54,500 nucleotides of DNA from an uncultured Chloroflexota bacterium (GTDB taxonomy: Bacteria; Chloroflexota; Dehalococcoidia; UBA2979): NCBI GenBank assembly GCA_903917615.1, contig CAIXBH010000093.1, forward strand, positions 1 through 54,500. Reading direction: 5' to 3'. Positions 17,920 through 27,460 of the stretch are shown here, piece by piece. The position numbers were made by a program, and so were the translations under genes. The notes under the pieces are model-generated. The model was not told the origin of the DNA and did not search any database. It saw nothing but the letters and a program-made list of their open reading frames with translations. Every line of letters starts with the position of its first letter. Within the stretch, counting starts at the first letter, position 1.

Positions 17920-18051
17920 CGTGTTCCCTCCAGGTGCGACTCCCGAGCCGGAGCACGCCCCGACTACTACGGAGGGAATATCTCACCCGTGTTGGGGCGT
18001 CAACTCGCCGCCCCCGGGCCTATCACGGCCGGCCCCGAGGTCGCTCGCAGG

Positions 18052-19005
18052 CTACTTGAACGCCAGAGCGTTCGGCGGAGAGCCAACACCTCGCTTGAGG
18101 TTGAGGGGCTTGGTCACCAGGAAGAACTCGTAGACACCGTCGCGGGCGCAATCCTCCGCAAGCTTGTCGAAGTACCAGAGCTCTCCGATCGGCATGCCGA
18201 ACATCGCCAGGATGCGTCGGTGCTGGAACGACGGGTCCTGGACCGGGGTCACCTCCATCGCGATGTTGTCCGCCGCGACGGCCGCGATGCGGTGGTCCCA
18301 GACCCACTCCGCCGTCTCGCGCTTGCCGTCGAGGCCCGGCGAGGGCGCTCGCGCGTCCATCGCCGCCGGATCCGCCCGCTCGGCGTCGCTGAGCGACAGA
18401 TAACGGGTCATCCATCCGGTGCGCAGCAGCAGAATGTCAGCGGGCTTCAGCTCGACGCCCTGCTTCGCCGCGATCGCCTCGATGAGCGGGCCGTCCATCT
18501 CGATGCGGTCCATCTTGAACGCGTCGCCCATGTAGCGCGGCAGGTCGATGAGCACGCCGCGGCCAGCGATGCCGTGCTCGCTCCAGTGATTGATGCCGAT
18601 GCGCTCAGTGTTCTCGATGTTGTCGTCCTGGAGCCCCTGGTAGTAGCCGTATTCCCGGAAGCGGATGTGCCGGAGCCCGTCCCACTGGCTGGAACCCTGC
18701 AGGAAGAAGTTGTCGAGGCTGTCGTCGCCCCCGCCGCGGTGGCGCGTCGGCTTGTGGACGTACGGGCCCCGACCGCGTTCGCCGGGCTGGACGGGCGGCC
18801 GGAGCGGCAGGTCGAGCGTCAGGTCGAGGTTGAAACTCTCACCGCGCCGCACCAGCGCGGCCGCGTCTCGGACGCGCTCCGGCGTGAGCAGGTTGATCGT
18901 GCCCAGGTCGTCGTCGGGCCCGAAGACACCCCACGCGTGACGCTCGTCCTGGCCATCGAACAACGGCAGGTCGCGGTATTTCGGCAGGTTCGATAGATCT
19001 GGCAT
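18052..19005 (-). CDS. Cyclase-family protein (putative hydrolase, kynurenine-formamidase-like fold)
   Basis: N-terminus YRDLPLFDGQDERHAWGVFGPDDDLGTINLLTPERV and SSQWDGLRHI are typical of ~320-aa proteins annotated as cyclase family. Recognised by eye only. Confidence 0.6.
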   Translation of the reverse strand: MPDLSNLPKYRDLPLFDGQDERHAWGVFGPDDDLGTINLLTPERVRDAAALVRRGESFNLDLTLDLPLRPPVQPGERGRGPYVHKPTRHRGGGDDSLDNFFLQGSSQWDGLRHIRFREYGYYQGLQDDNIENTERIGINHWSEHGIAGRGVLIDLPRYMGDAFKMDRIEMDGPLIEAIAAKQGVELKPADILLLRTGWMTRYLSLSDAERADPAAMDARAPSPGLDGKRETAEWVWDHRIAAVAADNIAMEVTPVQDPSFQHRRILAMFGMPIGELWYFDKLAEDCARDGVYEFFLVTKPLNLKRGVGSPPNALAFK

Positions 19006-19143
19006 GGCGATGACCTCGGAGACTCACGCACTCGATGGTTGACCGCGGGAGCACCCGCCGCGGCGCTACTTTATCGCCCCACTCGCAATGAGGCGCTCGG
19101 CCGAGGCGACGCGCGCAACGGGCGCCCAGTTCGCGCTTGCCAC

Positions 19144-20046
19144 CTATTGGCGCAAGCGCGGATCGAGGGTGTCGCGAAGGGCGTCGCCGAGCATGTTGAA
19201 GGCGAACACAATCGACCCGATCGCCACCCCGGGGGCGATGGCGAGCCACGGCGCGCGCTCCATGTACGCCCGCCCATCGACGCTCAGCATCGATCCCCAT
19301 GACGGCGTGGGCGGCGGAACGCCAAAGCCAAGGAAGCTCAGCCCCGACTCCGCGAGCACGAGGCCGCCCATGCTGACCGTGGCGCTGATGATCACGACCG
19401 GTGCGACGTTCGGGACCACGTGCTGCAACATGATGCGGATCGGATGCGCGCCCAGTACCCGGGCGGCCTCGATGTAGGGGTTCGCCATCGTGCCGATCAC
19501 GGCCGACCGCAGGATGCGCGACGTGCCGAAGCAGCTCACCACGCCGAGGGCCACCACGACCTGACCGAGTCCAGCGCCGAGCACCGCGACGAGCGTGATG
19601 AGCACGATCAGGCTCGGGAATGCGATCGCCGCGTCCACGAAGCGCTGCATCACCGCGTCCACCCAGCCGCCGAAGTAGCCGGACGTGGTCCCGATGACCG
19701 TCGCGAGAAGCACGCTGATCGTGATCGCACCGAACGAGACGGAAACGGATGTCCGCGCGCCGTACACGAGGCGGGCGAACTGATCGCGGCCGAACTGGTC
19801 CGTGCCCAGGATGTGCTCGGCGGACGGCGCGCGCAGCCGCTGCAGGCCGTTGAAGGCCGTGGGGTCGAGGTTCGTGAAGACGTGCGGAAACAACGCAGTG
19901 AACAGCAGCCCGAAGATCACCAGCGCGCCGAACGCCCCCAGCGGCTTGCGCCGCGCAAAGCGCCACACCGGTGCAAGCGGGTGGTGGCTGCGTGCTCGCG
20001 CTTCAGCCGTGAACGTGCCGATCGCGGTCGGAGGTTGCGCCGTCAT
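19144..20046 (-). CDS. ABC transporter permease (DppC-type), operon 2
   Basis: ILGTDQFGRDQFARL motif and TM helices. ATGA overlap with the upstream gene. Confidence 0.85.
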   Translation of the reverse strand: MTAQPPTAIGTFTAEARARSHHPLAPVWRFARRKPLGAFGALVIFGLLFTALFPHVFTNLDPTAFNGLQRLRAPSAEHILGTDQFGRDQFARLVYGARTSVSVSFGAITISVLLATVIGTTSGYFGGWVDAVMQRFVDAAIAFPSLIVLITLVAVLGAGLGQVVVALGVVSCFGTSRILRSAVIGTMANPYIEAARVLGAHPIRIMLQHVVPNVAPVVIISATVSMGGLVLAESGLSFLGFGVPPPTPSWGSMLSVDGRAYMERAPWLAIAPGVAIGSIVFAFNMLGDALRDTLDPRLRQ

Positions 20047-20993
20047 GCCGCCACCTTCGTCCGCGGATCGAGGTACCCATACGTCAGGTCCACGCCGAGG
20101 TTCACGAACACGACCGATGCCGCGACAAGGAGGTTCACGGTCTGAATGGTCGGGTAGTCACGCGTGTTGATCGCGTCGATCATCACGCGGCCGATGCCTG
20201 GCAGCCCGAAGATGATCTCGATGGTCAGCGTGCCACTGAGCAGGTTCGTCAGATGCAGCCCGATCACGGTAACGACGGGCATCATCGCGTTCCGGAGCGC
20301 GTGCTTGATGACCACCGACTGTTGCGTCAGTCCCTTCGCATACGCCGTGCGGATGTAGTCCTGCCGCAACACCTCGAGGAGCATCCCGCGCGTCAGCCGC
20401 ATCATGCTCGCCGATGTGGCGATGCCGAGGATGAACGCCGGCAGCAGGAACTGCGTCAGGTTCGCGATCGGGGAGACGAAGAGCGGGTGATACTCGAAGT
20501 CCGGTGACCACGCGAGGAACCGCCCGGCGAGCACGAGCACGACCGTCGCGATCCAGAACCCTGGCAGGGACGCCCCGAGCACGGCGCCGCCTCGCACGAA
20601 GTAGTCCGGCCACCGATCCTGCTTGACCGCGACGAGCGTGCCGATGGGGATTGCGGCAGCGATCGTGAATGTCAGCGCGAAGAGCGTCAGCTCCATGGTG
20701 ACAGGCAGCGCCTGTCCGACCTTGCGCGAGATGGGATCCTGGTTCACCAGCGAATTGCCGAGGTCGGCTCGCGCGATGTGCGTCACCCAGTCCACGTACT
20801 GGACAACGATCGGCCGGTCGATCCCGAGACGCGCGCGCAGTTGTTCCGCGTCCGTCTTGGAGTAGCGAACGTCCTGCAGGAGCACCTGCGTCACGTCGCC
20901 GGGCATCACCCGGACGATCACGAACACCAGCACGCTCACGATGAACAGCGTGGGCAGCGTGAGCAGCACGCGCCGGAGAAGGTATCTCGACAC
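20043..20993 (-). CDS. ABC transporter permease (DppB-type), operon 2
   Basis: MSRYLLRRVLLTLPTLFIVSVLVF N-terminus and QDYIRTAYAKGL motif. Confidence 0.85.
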   Translation of the reverse strand: MSRYLLRRVLLTLPTLFIVSVLVFVIVRVMPGDVTQVLLQDVRYSKTDAEQLRARLGIDRPIVVQYVDWVTHIARADLGNSLVNQDPISRKVGQALPVTMELTLFALTFTIAAAIPIGTLVAVKQDRWPDYFVRGGAVLGASLPGFWIATVVLVLAGRFLAWSPDFEYHPLFVSPIANLTQFLLPAFILGIATSASMMRLTRGMLLEVLRQDYIRTAYAKGLTQQSVVIKHALRNAMMPVVTVIGLHLTNLLSGTLTIEIIFGLPGIGRVMIDAINTRDYPTIQTVNLLVAASVVFVNLGVDLTYGYLDPRTKVAA

Positions 20994-21020
20994 TGAGCCT
21001 CCCCAGAATTCCAGGTGCCG

Positions 21021-21049
21021 CAGCGGGAGCGCCGGTGGCGCTCCCGCTG
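21021..21049 (-). promoter_or_regulatory. Intercistronic stem-loop between the SBP and first permease gene (operon 2)
   Basis: Perfect 13-bp stem cagcgggagcgcc/ggcgctcccgctg with a 3-nt loop. Confidence 0.6.
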
Positions 21050-21064
21050 GATGGTCGAGGTCCG

Positions 21065-22762
21065 CTACGCGTTATCGAGCCAGAGGTTTTCCCAGCGGTA
21101 GGTGAAGGGCCACTCTCCGGACGGCACGTAGTTCTTCACGAACGGCTGGGAGGCCAGCACCGCCTCCGCGGCGCCGAGCCAGATGTGATCGACCTCGGTC
21201 ATGCTGAGCTTCTGAGCCCGCTGCATGATCTCGGCGCGCTTCTTCGCGTCGAATTCGACGTCGGCATCATCGACGAGCTTGTCGTAGTCCTTGTTGCTGT
21301 AGCCGCCGTAGTTCCGGCTGCCCTTGGTGTACGCGTACTGGCGCAGGTGCTCATCCGGGTTGTAGCCGGACGTGTACCCGTCGGTCGTCGTGGTCCAGTT
21401 GCCGTCGTCGACGCGCTTCTTGTAGCTGGTGAACTCGATCAGATCGAGCTTCACCGTGACGCCGACCTTCTTCAGCTGGTCCTGCACGAACTCGGCAGCA
21501 GCCTTGTGCGGTGTCGGGTTGGTCGAGGACGAGAGCAGGTCGAACGACAGCTTGTCCTGCCCTGCCGCCTGCAGCAGCTTCACGGCTTCCGCCCGCTCCG
21601 GGCCCTTGTCCTTCTTGTAGCCCGGAATCGTCGCCAGCACGTCGGGCGGCGTCGCGAACGGCTCGAGCACCCAGGGCAACGTACCGGTCTGGCGGCCGAC
21701 GCCTGAGTAGATCACTTGGATCGCCTCGAAGCGGTCGATCGCGAGGTTCATCGCCTGCCGCACCCGGATGTCCGTGCCCCACGGCACCTTGCCGTCCATC
21801 CGCAGCGTGAAGGCGCCGCGCGACACGCCGCCGAACGACTGGAAGGTGTGTCCCTTCATGTCGCGCTTGAACTGGTCGATCTGGTCAGGCGGCACGTTGA
21901 GCGCGTGGATCTGCCCCGACCGGTACGCCGCGACGCCGGCTGCCGTGTCCAGGATGTTGATGTACTTCACCTTGTCGACCCACGGCTTGTCACCCATCCA
22001 TGAGTCCGGCCGCCGGGCGATGGTGAGCTGCACGTTGGGATCGAACGACTCGACGGCGAACGGACCGAAGCCGATCGCTGCCTGCGGGCTCTTCAGATCC
22101 TTGAACTTCGTCACAACCTCGGGCGCCACGATGACGTTGAGGCCGAACGCCAGGCCGTACATGAAGCCGACCGATGGCTTCTTGAGGATCAGCGAAACGT
22201 GCGTGTCATCGACCACCTCGACGCGGTCGAGCGCAGCGATCGTGCTGCCGCGCGTGAAGCCGGGCGCCGTCGAGCGGATCCGGTCGAGGGAGAACTTGAC
22301 GTCGTTCCCCGTCACCTTCCGGCCGTTCACCGGGTCCTTGTTCTCCCACTTGGCATCCGGAAGCGTGATGTTGATCCGCAACGGGTCAGGCGTCTCGACA
22401 CCCTTGGCGAAGTCGGGCGCCGGGGCGTTCGTCTTCGGGTCGATCTGCATGAGGCCGCGCGAGATGCTCGACCAGATGGACATCACCGGAGTGTTGGCCG
22501 CCGTGTGCGGGTCGAGGTCGGTCGTGCCGAGCAGATTCGAGTTGCTCGGGTAGACGAACGTGCCGCCGCGCTTCGGCGTCCCGGTCGCGGGCTTCGCCGC
22601 GGCCGCTGATCCGCCGGCCGGCGGCGCCCCCCCTGCCGGCTTGTCATTGGAGCTGCAGCCGATCAGCGCGATCCCCACCGCGCCGATGCCAAGCCCCGCC
22701 GTGCTGCGCAGGACCCCTCGACGCGAGATGCGCCCGCGAGTCCAGTATCCGTCCTGTGCCAT
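21065..22762 (-). CDS. ABC transporter substrate-binding protein, family 5, Tat-signal lipoprotein
   Basis: ISRRGVLRSTAGLGIGAVGIALIGCSS signal. Paralogous to 16135..17919. GGAGGGAATCCC RBS. Confidence 0.85.
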   Translation of the reverse strand: MAQDGYWTRGRISRRGVLRSTAGLGIGAVGIALIGCSSNDKPAGGAPPAGGSAAAAKPATGTPKRGGTFVYPSNSNLLGTTDLDPHTAANTPVMSIWSSISRGLMQIDPKTNAPAPDFAKGVETPDPLRINITLPDAKWENKDPVNGRKVTGNDVKFSLDRIRSTAPGFTRGSTIAALDRVEVVDDTHVSLILKKPSVGFMYGLAFGLNVIVAPEVVTKFKDLKSPQAAIGFGPFAVESFDPNVQLTIARRPDSWMGDKPWVDKVKYINILDTAAGVAAYRSGQIHALNVPPDQIDQFKRDMKGHTFQSFGGVSRGAFTLRMDGKVPWGTDIRVRQAMNLAIDRFEAIQVIYSGVGRQTGTLPWVLEPFATPPDVLATIPGYKKDKGPERAEAVKLLQAAGQDKLSFDLLSSSTNPTPHKAAAEFVQDQLKKVGVTVKLDLIEFTSYKKRVDDGNWTTTTDGYTSGYNPDEHLRQYAYTKGSRNYGGYSNKDYDKLVDDADVEFDAKKRAEIMQRAQKLSMTEVDHIWLGAAEAVLASQPFVKNYVPSGEWPFTYRWENLWLDNA

Positions 22763-22803
22763 GGGATTCCCTCCAGTTCGACGCTCGGCCCGAAGCCGAC
22801 GTG

Positions 22804-24141
22804 CTACGGGTGCAACAGACTCGTGAGCTCAGCGACATCCTTCGCGTCCTCGAGGCCGTGGATGACGTCGAGGCTCGCCTCCATGCGGTCGGTCGCGAGG
22901 TGCGAGAGCGGAAAGAGCGAGTGGTACTTGTAGTCGATATCCGACCACTCGATGCCGCGCGGCCCGGAGCCCTTGGGGGCCTCCATCGTGCTCGAGTACA
23001 CGCGACCGTCCGTCGTCGTGATCGTCACGCTGCCCCCGCCACGCTTGGCGTAAGGCGAGGCTTCGTCCTCGCCGACAACGAGGTCCTGCAATCGTCCGAT
23101 GACCGGGTCCATGTATTTCGCGGGCTCCGCGTGGCCCCACGAGTAGCCGCCATCGACGATCGCGCCTGCCAGCATGTAGGGCAGGCTGTGCGCAACGCCG
23201 ATGAGGTCAGTGGGGCGATACACCATGTGACCACCGCCGAACGCCCGCCCGGAGACGGAGATCTTCGCGACCTGGTCCGGCGTGACCTTGCCCTCGGCGG
23301 CGGCGGTCGCTGCGGCCTCCGCCAGTGACTGATAGGCCCACGTGCCGGGCATCAGCTTGATCGCGAGGTCTTCGACGATGCCCCAGGTCTTGCCGAAGTC
23401 CTGCCCGATCGTTTCGAGATCGTGGCCGCGGAACACATCGAAGTAGCCGCGCGGCATCTCGAACACACGGGTCTCCGACGTGAACCCGTTCGCCGCCGCA
23501 GATACCGCGGTGAATGCGAGGGTGGAGGCGATCCCCGCGTCGTACTCGCGTGCCCAGCTCGTGTTCGCCGCGACCCCATTGCCGCCGATCGAGGTCGCCG
23601 CGAGCGAGATCGCGTGCGTCATCTGCTCCGTACTCAGCCGCGCCACCTTCGCGGCGGCCACCGTCGCACCGAAGATCGTCATGACGCCGGCGTGGAACCC
23701 AACCTCGCTCGACCGGGAGCGACGGCCGATCCGGTTCGCGATTTCGTAACCGATCGCGATTCCCTCGATGACAGCGCGCCCGCTGGCGTGCTCACGCTCG
23801 GCCATTGCGATGGCAGACGTGGAGGTGACGTTCCCGACGTGGCCCGATCCGGAAAGGTCGGTGTCATCGGAGGCAGCGGCGTCGCACATCATCGCGTTCG
23901 TGCGGCCGGCATCCATGACCGGAAGGTTCGGGCCGTTGTCGAACCAGATGCTGGCCTGGGGCGTGCCGCCCCGCTCGCGCGCCATCGCGCGGAAGGCGTT
24001 CGCGGACCCGATGTCGCACCCCATCGCGGCGCTCGCGACGGTGCTCGCGACGATGACCTTGGCGTACTTGATCGCCAGCGGCGGTAGATCGTCGTAGGTC
24101 GTGTTCGTGGCGAACGCTGCGAGGTCGGCTGCGATGGTCAT
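22804..24141 (-). CDS. MmgE/PrpD-family protein
   Basis: Family-typical architecture: DLPPLAIKYAK.., DAAASDDTD, GFHAG, SLAATSIGG. Confidence 0.8.
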   Translation of the reverse strand: MTIAADLAAFATNTTYDDLPPLAIKYAKVIVASTVASAAMGCDIGSANAFRAMARERGGTPQASIWFDNGPNLPVMDAGRTNAMMCDAAASDDTDLSGSGHVGNVTSTSAIAMAEREHASGRAVIEGIAIGYEIANRIGRRSRSSEVGFHAGVMTIFGATVAAAKVARLSTEQMTHAISLAATSIGGNGVAANTSWAREYDAGIASTLAFTAVSAAANGFTSETRVFEMPRGYFDVFRGHDLETIGQDFGKTWGIVEDLAIKLMPGTWAYQSLAEAAATAAAEGKVTPDQVAKISVSGRAFGGGHMVYRPTDLIGVAHSLPYMLAGAIVDGGYSWGHAEPAKYMDPVIGRLQDLVVGEDEASPYAKRGGGSVTITTTDGRVYSSTMEAPKGSGPRGIEWSDIDYKYHSLFPLSHLATDRMEASLDVIHGLEDAKDVAELTSLLHP

Positions 24142-24177
24142 GACGCCTGCTCTCGGTCTGCCCGCGCCGGGCGCGGT

Positions 24178-25548
24178 CTACTGGTTCAGAATGCTGGTGA
24201 GTTCCGACATCGAGCGGACGCTCTCGAAGTCATGCACGACCTTCAGCGCGTCTTCCATGCGCTGCGCGCTCATGCCGGACAGCGGAACCAGCGTTCGGTA
24301 CTTGGCATCGACGTCCGCCCAGTCGATCCCACGCGCGCCGGAGCCACGGGGCTGCTCGACGTGGTCGGAGAACTCGCGACCGTCCTTGAGGCGGATCGTC
24401 ACCGTCGCGCCATGGCGAGGCGCGAAGCGGCTCGGCAGCGCCGGCGGGTTCGGGTTCACCTCGACGGTGTCGATGAGTTGGCTGATGGTGGCGTCGCTGA
24501 CCTTCTCCGGCGTCGCGTGGATCCAGCCGTAGCCGCGATCCGCGACGGCGCCGGCCACCATGTACGCCATGCTGTGGGCGACGCCGATGAGGTCCGTGGG
24601 GTGTCGAGGCCCGCTGAGCGCGCGCAGGTTGCCCTGTGTCACAGTGATCGACGCGACGTCAGCCGGCTGCACATCCCCCTTGATGGCGGCGTTCGCGGCG
24701 GCCTCGGCGGCGGCGTGGTTCGGGTGCCCGCCCGGGATCAACTTGATCGCCATGTCGGTGGTGATGTCCCACTCCCGACCGAGGTCCTTCGTCACGTCCG
24801 CGACGAAGTCGAGGCTCCCGAACGCGGAGAAGAAGCCCCGTGGGGCCTCGAGCACGGTTGGCTCCGCGGTGAAACCCTTCTGGGCGGCGATGGCGGCGTT
24901 GATGCCAAGCATCGCCGACAGCCCGGCGTGATACTCCCGGGCCACGCTGGTGTTCGCGGCGATGCCGATGCCGCCGATGGACGTTGCCGCGATCGCGATC
25001 GCGTGCTCCATCTGGTCGGCGGTCAGCCCGAGCAGACGGCCCGAGGCAACGGTGCCGCCGAATACCGTCGCGATCGATCCGTGGAAGCCCTTCTCGTTTC
25101 GTCCCGGTACCAGCGCCTCATCGACCCGCCCGGCGATTTCGTACCCCAGCACCATCGCGGCAAGCACGTCCATGCCACTACGCCCGAGGCGCTCCGCCAT
25201 CGCGATCGACGTGGGACAATGGTGCCGATGTGCGCGATGGCGCGCATGTCGCTGTCGTCGGAGGCCGCGGCATCGCTCATGACCGCGTTGGTGCGCGCCA
25301 CATCGGCGACGGGCAACTTCGCCCCACCGTCGAACCAGATCGACGCCTCGGGTGTGCCGCCCCCGCTCCTGTGCCATCTCGCGGATGATCCGCGAGGAAT
25401 CGATGTCCTTGCCCATCGCCGCGCTCGCGATCGTGCTCGCGATGCTCATCCGGGCTCGTTCGAGGCTGAGTGGCGGCAGGTCCTCGGTTCGGATGCCAGT
25501 CACGAACTGGGCCAGCGCGCCGGCAACGGTTGATTGCTTCGCGACCAT
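24178..25548 (-). CDS. MmgE/PrpD-family paralog carrying two compensating frameshifts (ORF stays open; ~50 codons are read out of frame)
   Basis: The annotated frame gives RHTRGVDLVRRWGEVARRRCGAHQRGHERCRGLRRQRHARHRAHRHHCP. The alternative frame there gives GTPEASIWFDGGAKLPVADVARTNAVMSDAAASDDSDMRAIAHIGTIV, which aligns with the paralog. AGGGGG RBS before ATG 25548. Confidence 0.75.
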   Translation of the reverse strand: MVAKQSTVAGALAQFVTGIRTEDLPPLSLERARMSIASTIASAAMGKDIDSSRIIREMAQERGRHTRGVDLVRRWGEVARRRCGAHQRGHERCRGLRRQRHARHRAHRHHCPTSIAMAERLGRSGMDVLAAMVLGYEIAGRVDEALVPGRNEKGFHGSIATVFGGTVASGRLLGLTADQMEHAIAIAATSIGGIGIAANTSVAREYHAGLSAMLGINAAIAAQKGFTAEPTVLEAPRGFFSAFGSLDFVADVTKDLGREWDITTDMAIKLIPGGHPNHAAAEAAANAAIKGDVQPADVASITVTQGNLRALSGPRHPTDLIGVAHSMAYMVAGAVADRGYGWIHATPEKVSDATISQLIDTVEVNPNPPALPSRFAPRHGATVTIRLKDGREFSDHVEQPRGSGARGIDWADVDAKYRTLVPLSGMSAQRMEDALKVVHDFESVRSMSELTSILNQ

Positions 25549-25753
25549 CGGTGCCCCCTGCTGTGACCTGACCACTCACCGTCATCGATCGGCGGGACAG
25601 TATCACAAAGCCGATTGATTCGGACGCCATGCCGGATCCGACGAATTACGCAGGACATTCCCATTCCGCCACGTGCACCGACGGTGTTGGGCCGCGCCTG
25701 ACCGATGGCCCTGACCGATAGCATGGTCATCCGAGGAGGTCAGGAACACACGA

Positions 25754-27418
25754 ATGCCCCGAGCGATTGCGGCCACGGTCATCGCCCTCCTCGCGGCATT
25801 CGCGGCCGCGGTAGACGGCGGCCTCGCGCAGACCCCACCGTCGCTCGCGTGGGCCGCGTGCGGCGGCCGGTTGCAGTGCGCCGCGGTGTCCGTGCCCCTC
25901 GACTACAGCCTGTCGGGTGGGCGCCGGATCGAGGTCGCCCTCATCCGCCAACCTGCTCGTGACCCGGCACGACGTATCGGCGTCATGCTGACCAATCCGG
26001 GCGGGCCAGGCGGCTCCGGCGTCGACTTCGTGCGCGCCTGGGCGGGTCAGCTCGGGTCGGAGATTCAGGACCGCTTCGACATCGTGGGATTCGACCCGCG
26101 CGGCGTGGGCGACAGCACCCCGGCGCTGGACTGCCACGACAACATCCAGCAGCTCGCCGGGCTCGATCCGAACCCGAGCACCCCTGCCACCTGGGCGGAG
26201 GTACAGCGGGTGACGCGGGCGTTCGCGGACCTCTGCGCCTCGCGCGCGAGCGACCTGCTCCCCCACCTCGGTTCGCTCGATGTCGTGCGCGACATGGATC
26301 AGATCCGCGCGGCGCTGGGCGAGCAGACGGTGACGTACCTGGGCTACTCCTACGGCACCGTCCTGGGCGCGCTGTACGCCGACCGGTTCCCGGATCGCGT
26401 GCGCGCGGTGGTCCTCGACGGCCCGGTGGACCTCACCCGTTCCGCGGACGACCTCGCAGCGACGCAGTCGTTGGGGTTCGAGGGCGAATTGACGCGCTAC
26501 CTCGACGACTGCCGGGCTGCGAAGTGCGCACTCGCGACGGGCGGCCGCGACCCACAGAACGCCGTCGACACGCTCCTCACGCAGGCGGGACGACAGCCCA
26601 TCCCCTCGGCGGCAGCGGATCGGCCAGCCGGCGCCGGCGAGACGCTGCTGGCGATCACCGCCGCGCTCTACTCGCCGCGCTCGTGGCCAGGGCTCACGCG
26701 TGCGCTGCAGCAGGGTCTCAACGGCGACGGCAGCGGCCTGATCCGGATCGCTGACCGATATCTCGATCGCTCGGGCAGCGGCTACGCGAACTCATCGGAG
26801 ATGAACGCCGCCGTGAACTGCCTGGACTACGGCGGCTACCGCGATCCCGCGCACTACGTCGCGCTCGCTGCCAGACTCGCGCGCGACGCGCCGCACTTTG
26901 GCGCGGCGAGCGCCGAGGCGAACCTGATGTGCGCCTACTGGCAGCCGACACCACAGCCGCTGGGCGTCCCACACGCGCACGCTGCCCCGCCCATCCTGAT
27001 GGTGGCTGCCACGCGCGACCCCGCCACGCCGCTGCCGTGGGCGCTCAACCTGCGCCTTCAACTCGACACCGCGGTCCTGCTGACCCGCGAGGGCGACGGA
27101 CACACCTCATACGCCTCGGGCAACGCCTGCATCGACAGCGTCGTGAACGCGTACCTCGTCAGCCTCGCGCTGCCGCAGGACGGCGCGACCTGCGCTGGCG
27201 GCCCGACACCGCAGCCGCCGGCGACGCCGCTCCCCGCTCGCGTGCAGCGCGACGTTGCGCCCTCTGCCGCCACACCTGTTGCCGCGCCTGCACCCGCTGC
27301 GCCGGGGCCGACGACCGCCCGGCTCGCCTCGACTTGGGCCGTGGTGGCAGCACTCGTGGTGCTCGGGGTCCTCGGGGTCGGCACGGCACTGCTGTGGCGC
27401 CGCACGCGAAGGCGCTAA
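25754..27418 (+). CDS. Secreted alpha/beta hydrolase (tripeptidyl-aminopeptidase/TAP-like, S33-type) with C-terminal Pro-rich linker and TM anchor
   Basis: Signal peptide MPRAIAATVIALLAAFAAAV, NPGGPGGSG, GYSYG nucleophile elbow and GDGHTSY. The C-terminal hydrophobic helix WAVVAALVVLGVLGVGTALLW is followed by RRTRRR. Confidence 0.8.
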   Translation: MPRAIAATVIALLAAFAAAVDGGLAQTPPSLAWAACGGRLQCAAVSVPLDYSLSGGRRIEVALIRQPARDPARRIGVMLTNPGGPGGSGVDFVRAWAGQLGSEIQDRFDIVGFDPRGVGDSTPALDCHDNIQQLAGLDPNPSTPATWAEVQRVTRAFADLCASRASDLLPHLGSLDVVRDMDQIRAALGEQTVTYLGYSYGTVLGALYADRFPDRVRAVVLDGPVDLTRSADDLAATQSLGFEGELTRYLDDCRAAKCALATGGRDPQNAVDTLLTQAGRQPIPSAAADRPAGAGETLLAITAALYSPRSWPGLTRALQQGLNGDGSGLIRIADRYLDRSGSGYANSSEMNAAVNCLDYGGYRDPAHYVALAARLARDAPHFGAASAEANLMCAYWQPTPQPLGVPHAHAAPPILMVAATRDPATPLPWALNLRLQLDTAVLLTREGDGHTSYASGNACIDSVVNAYLVSLALPQDGATCAGGPTPQPPATPLPARVQRDVAPSAATPVAAPAPAAPGPTTARLASTWAVVAALVVLGVLGVGTALLWRRTRRR

Positions 27419-27460
27419 CGACCGGAGTCGATCAGGCCCGGGAGGACGTCGGTCGGGGCG

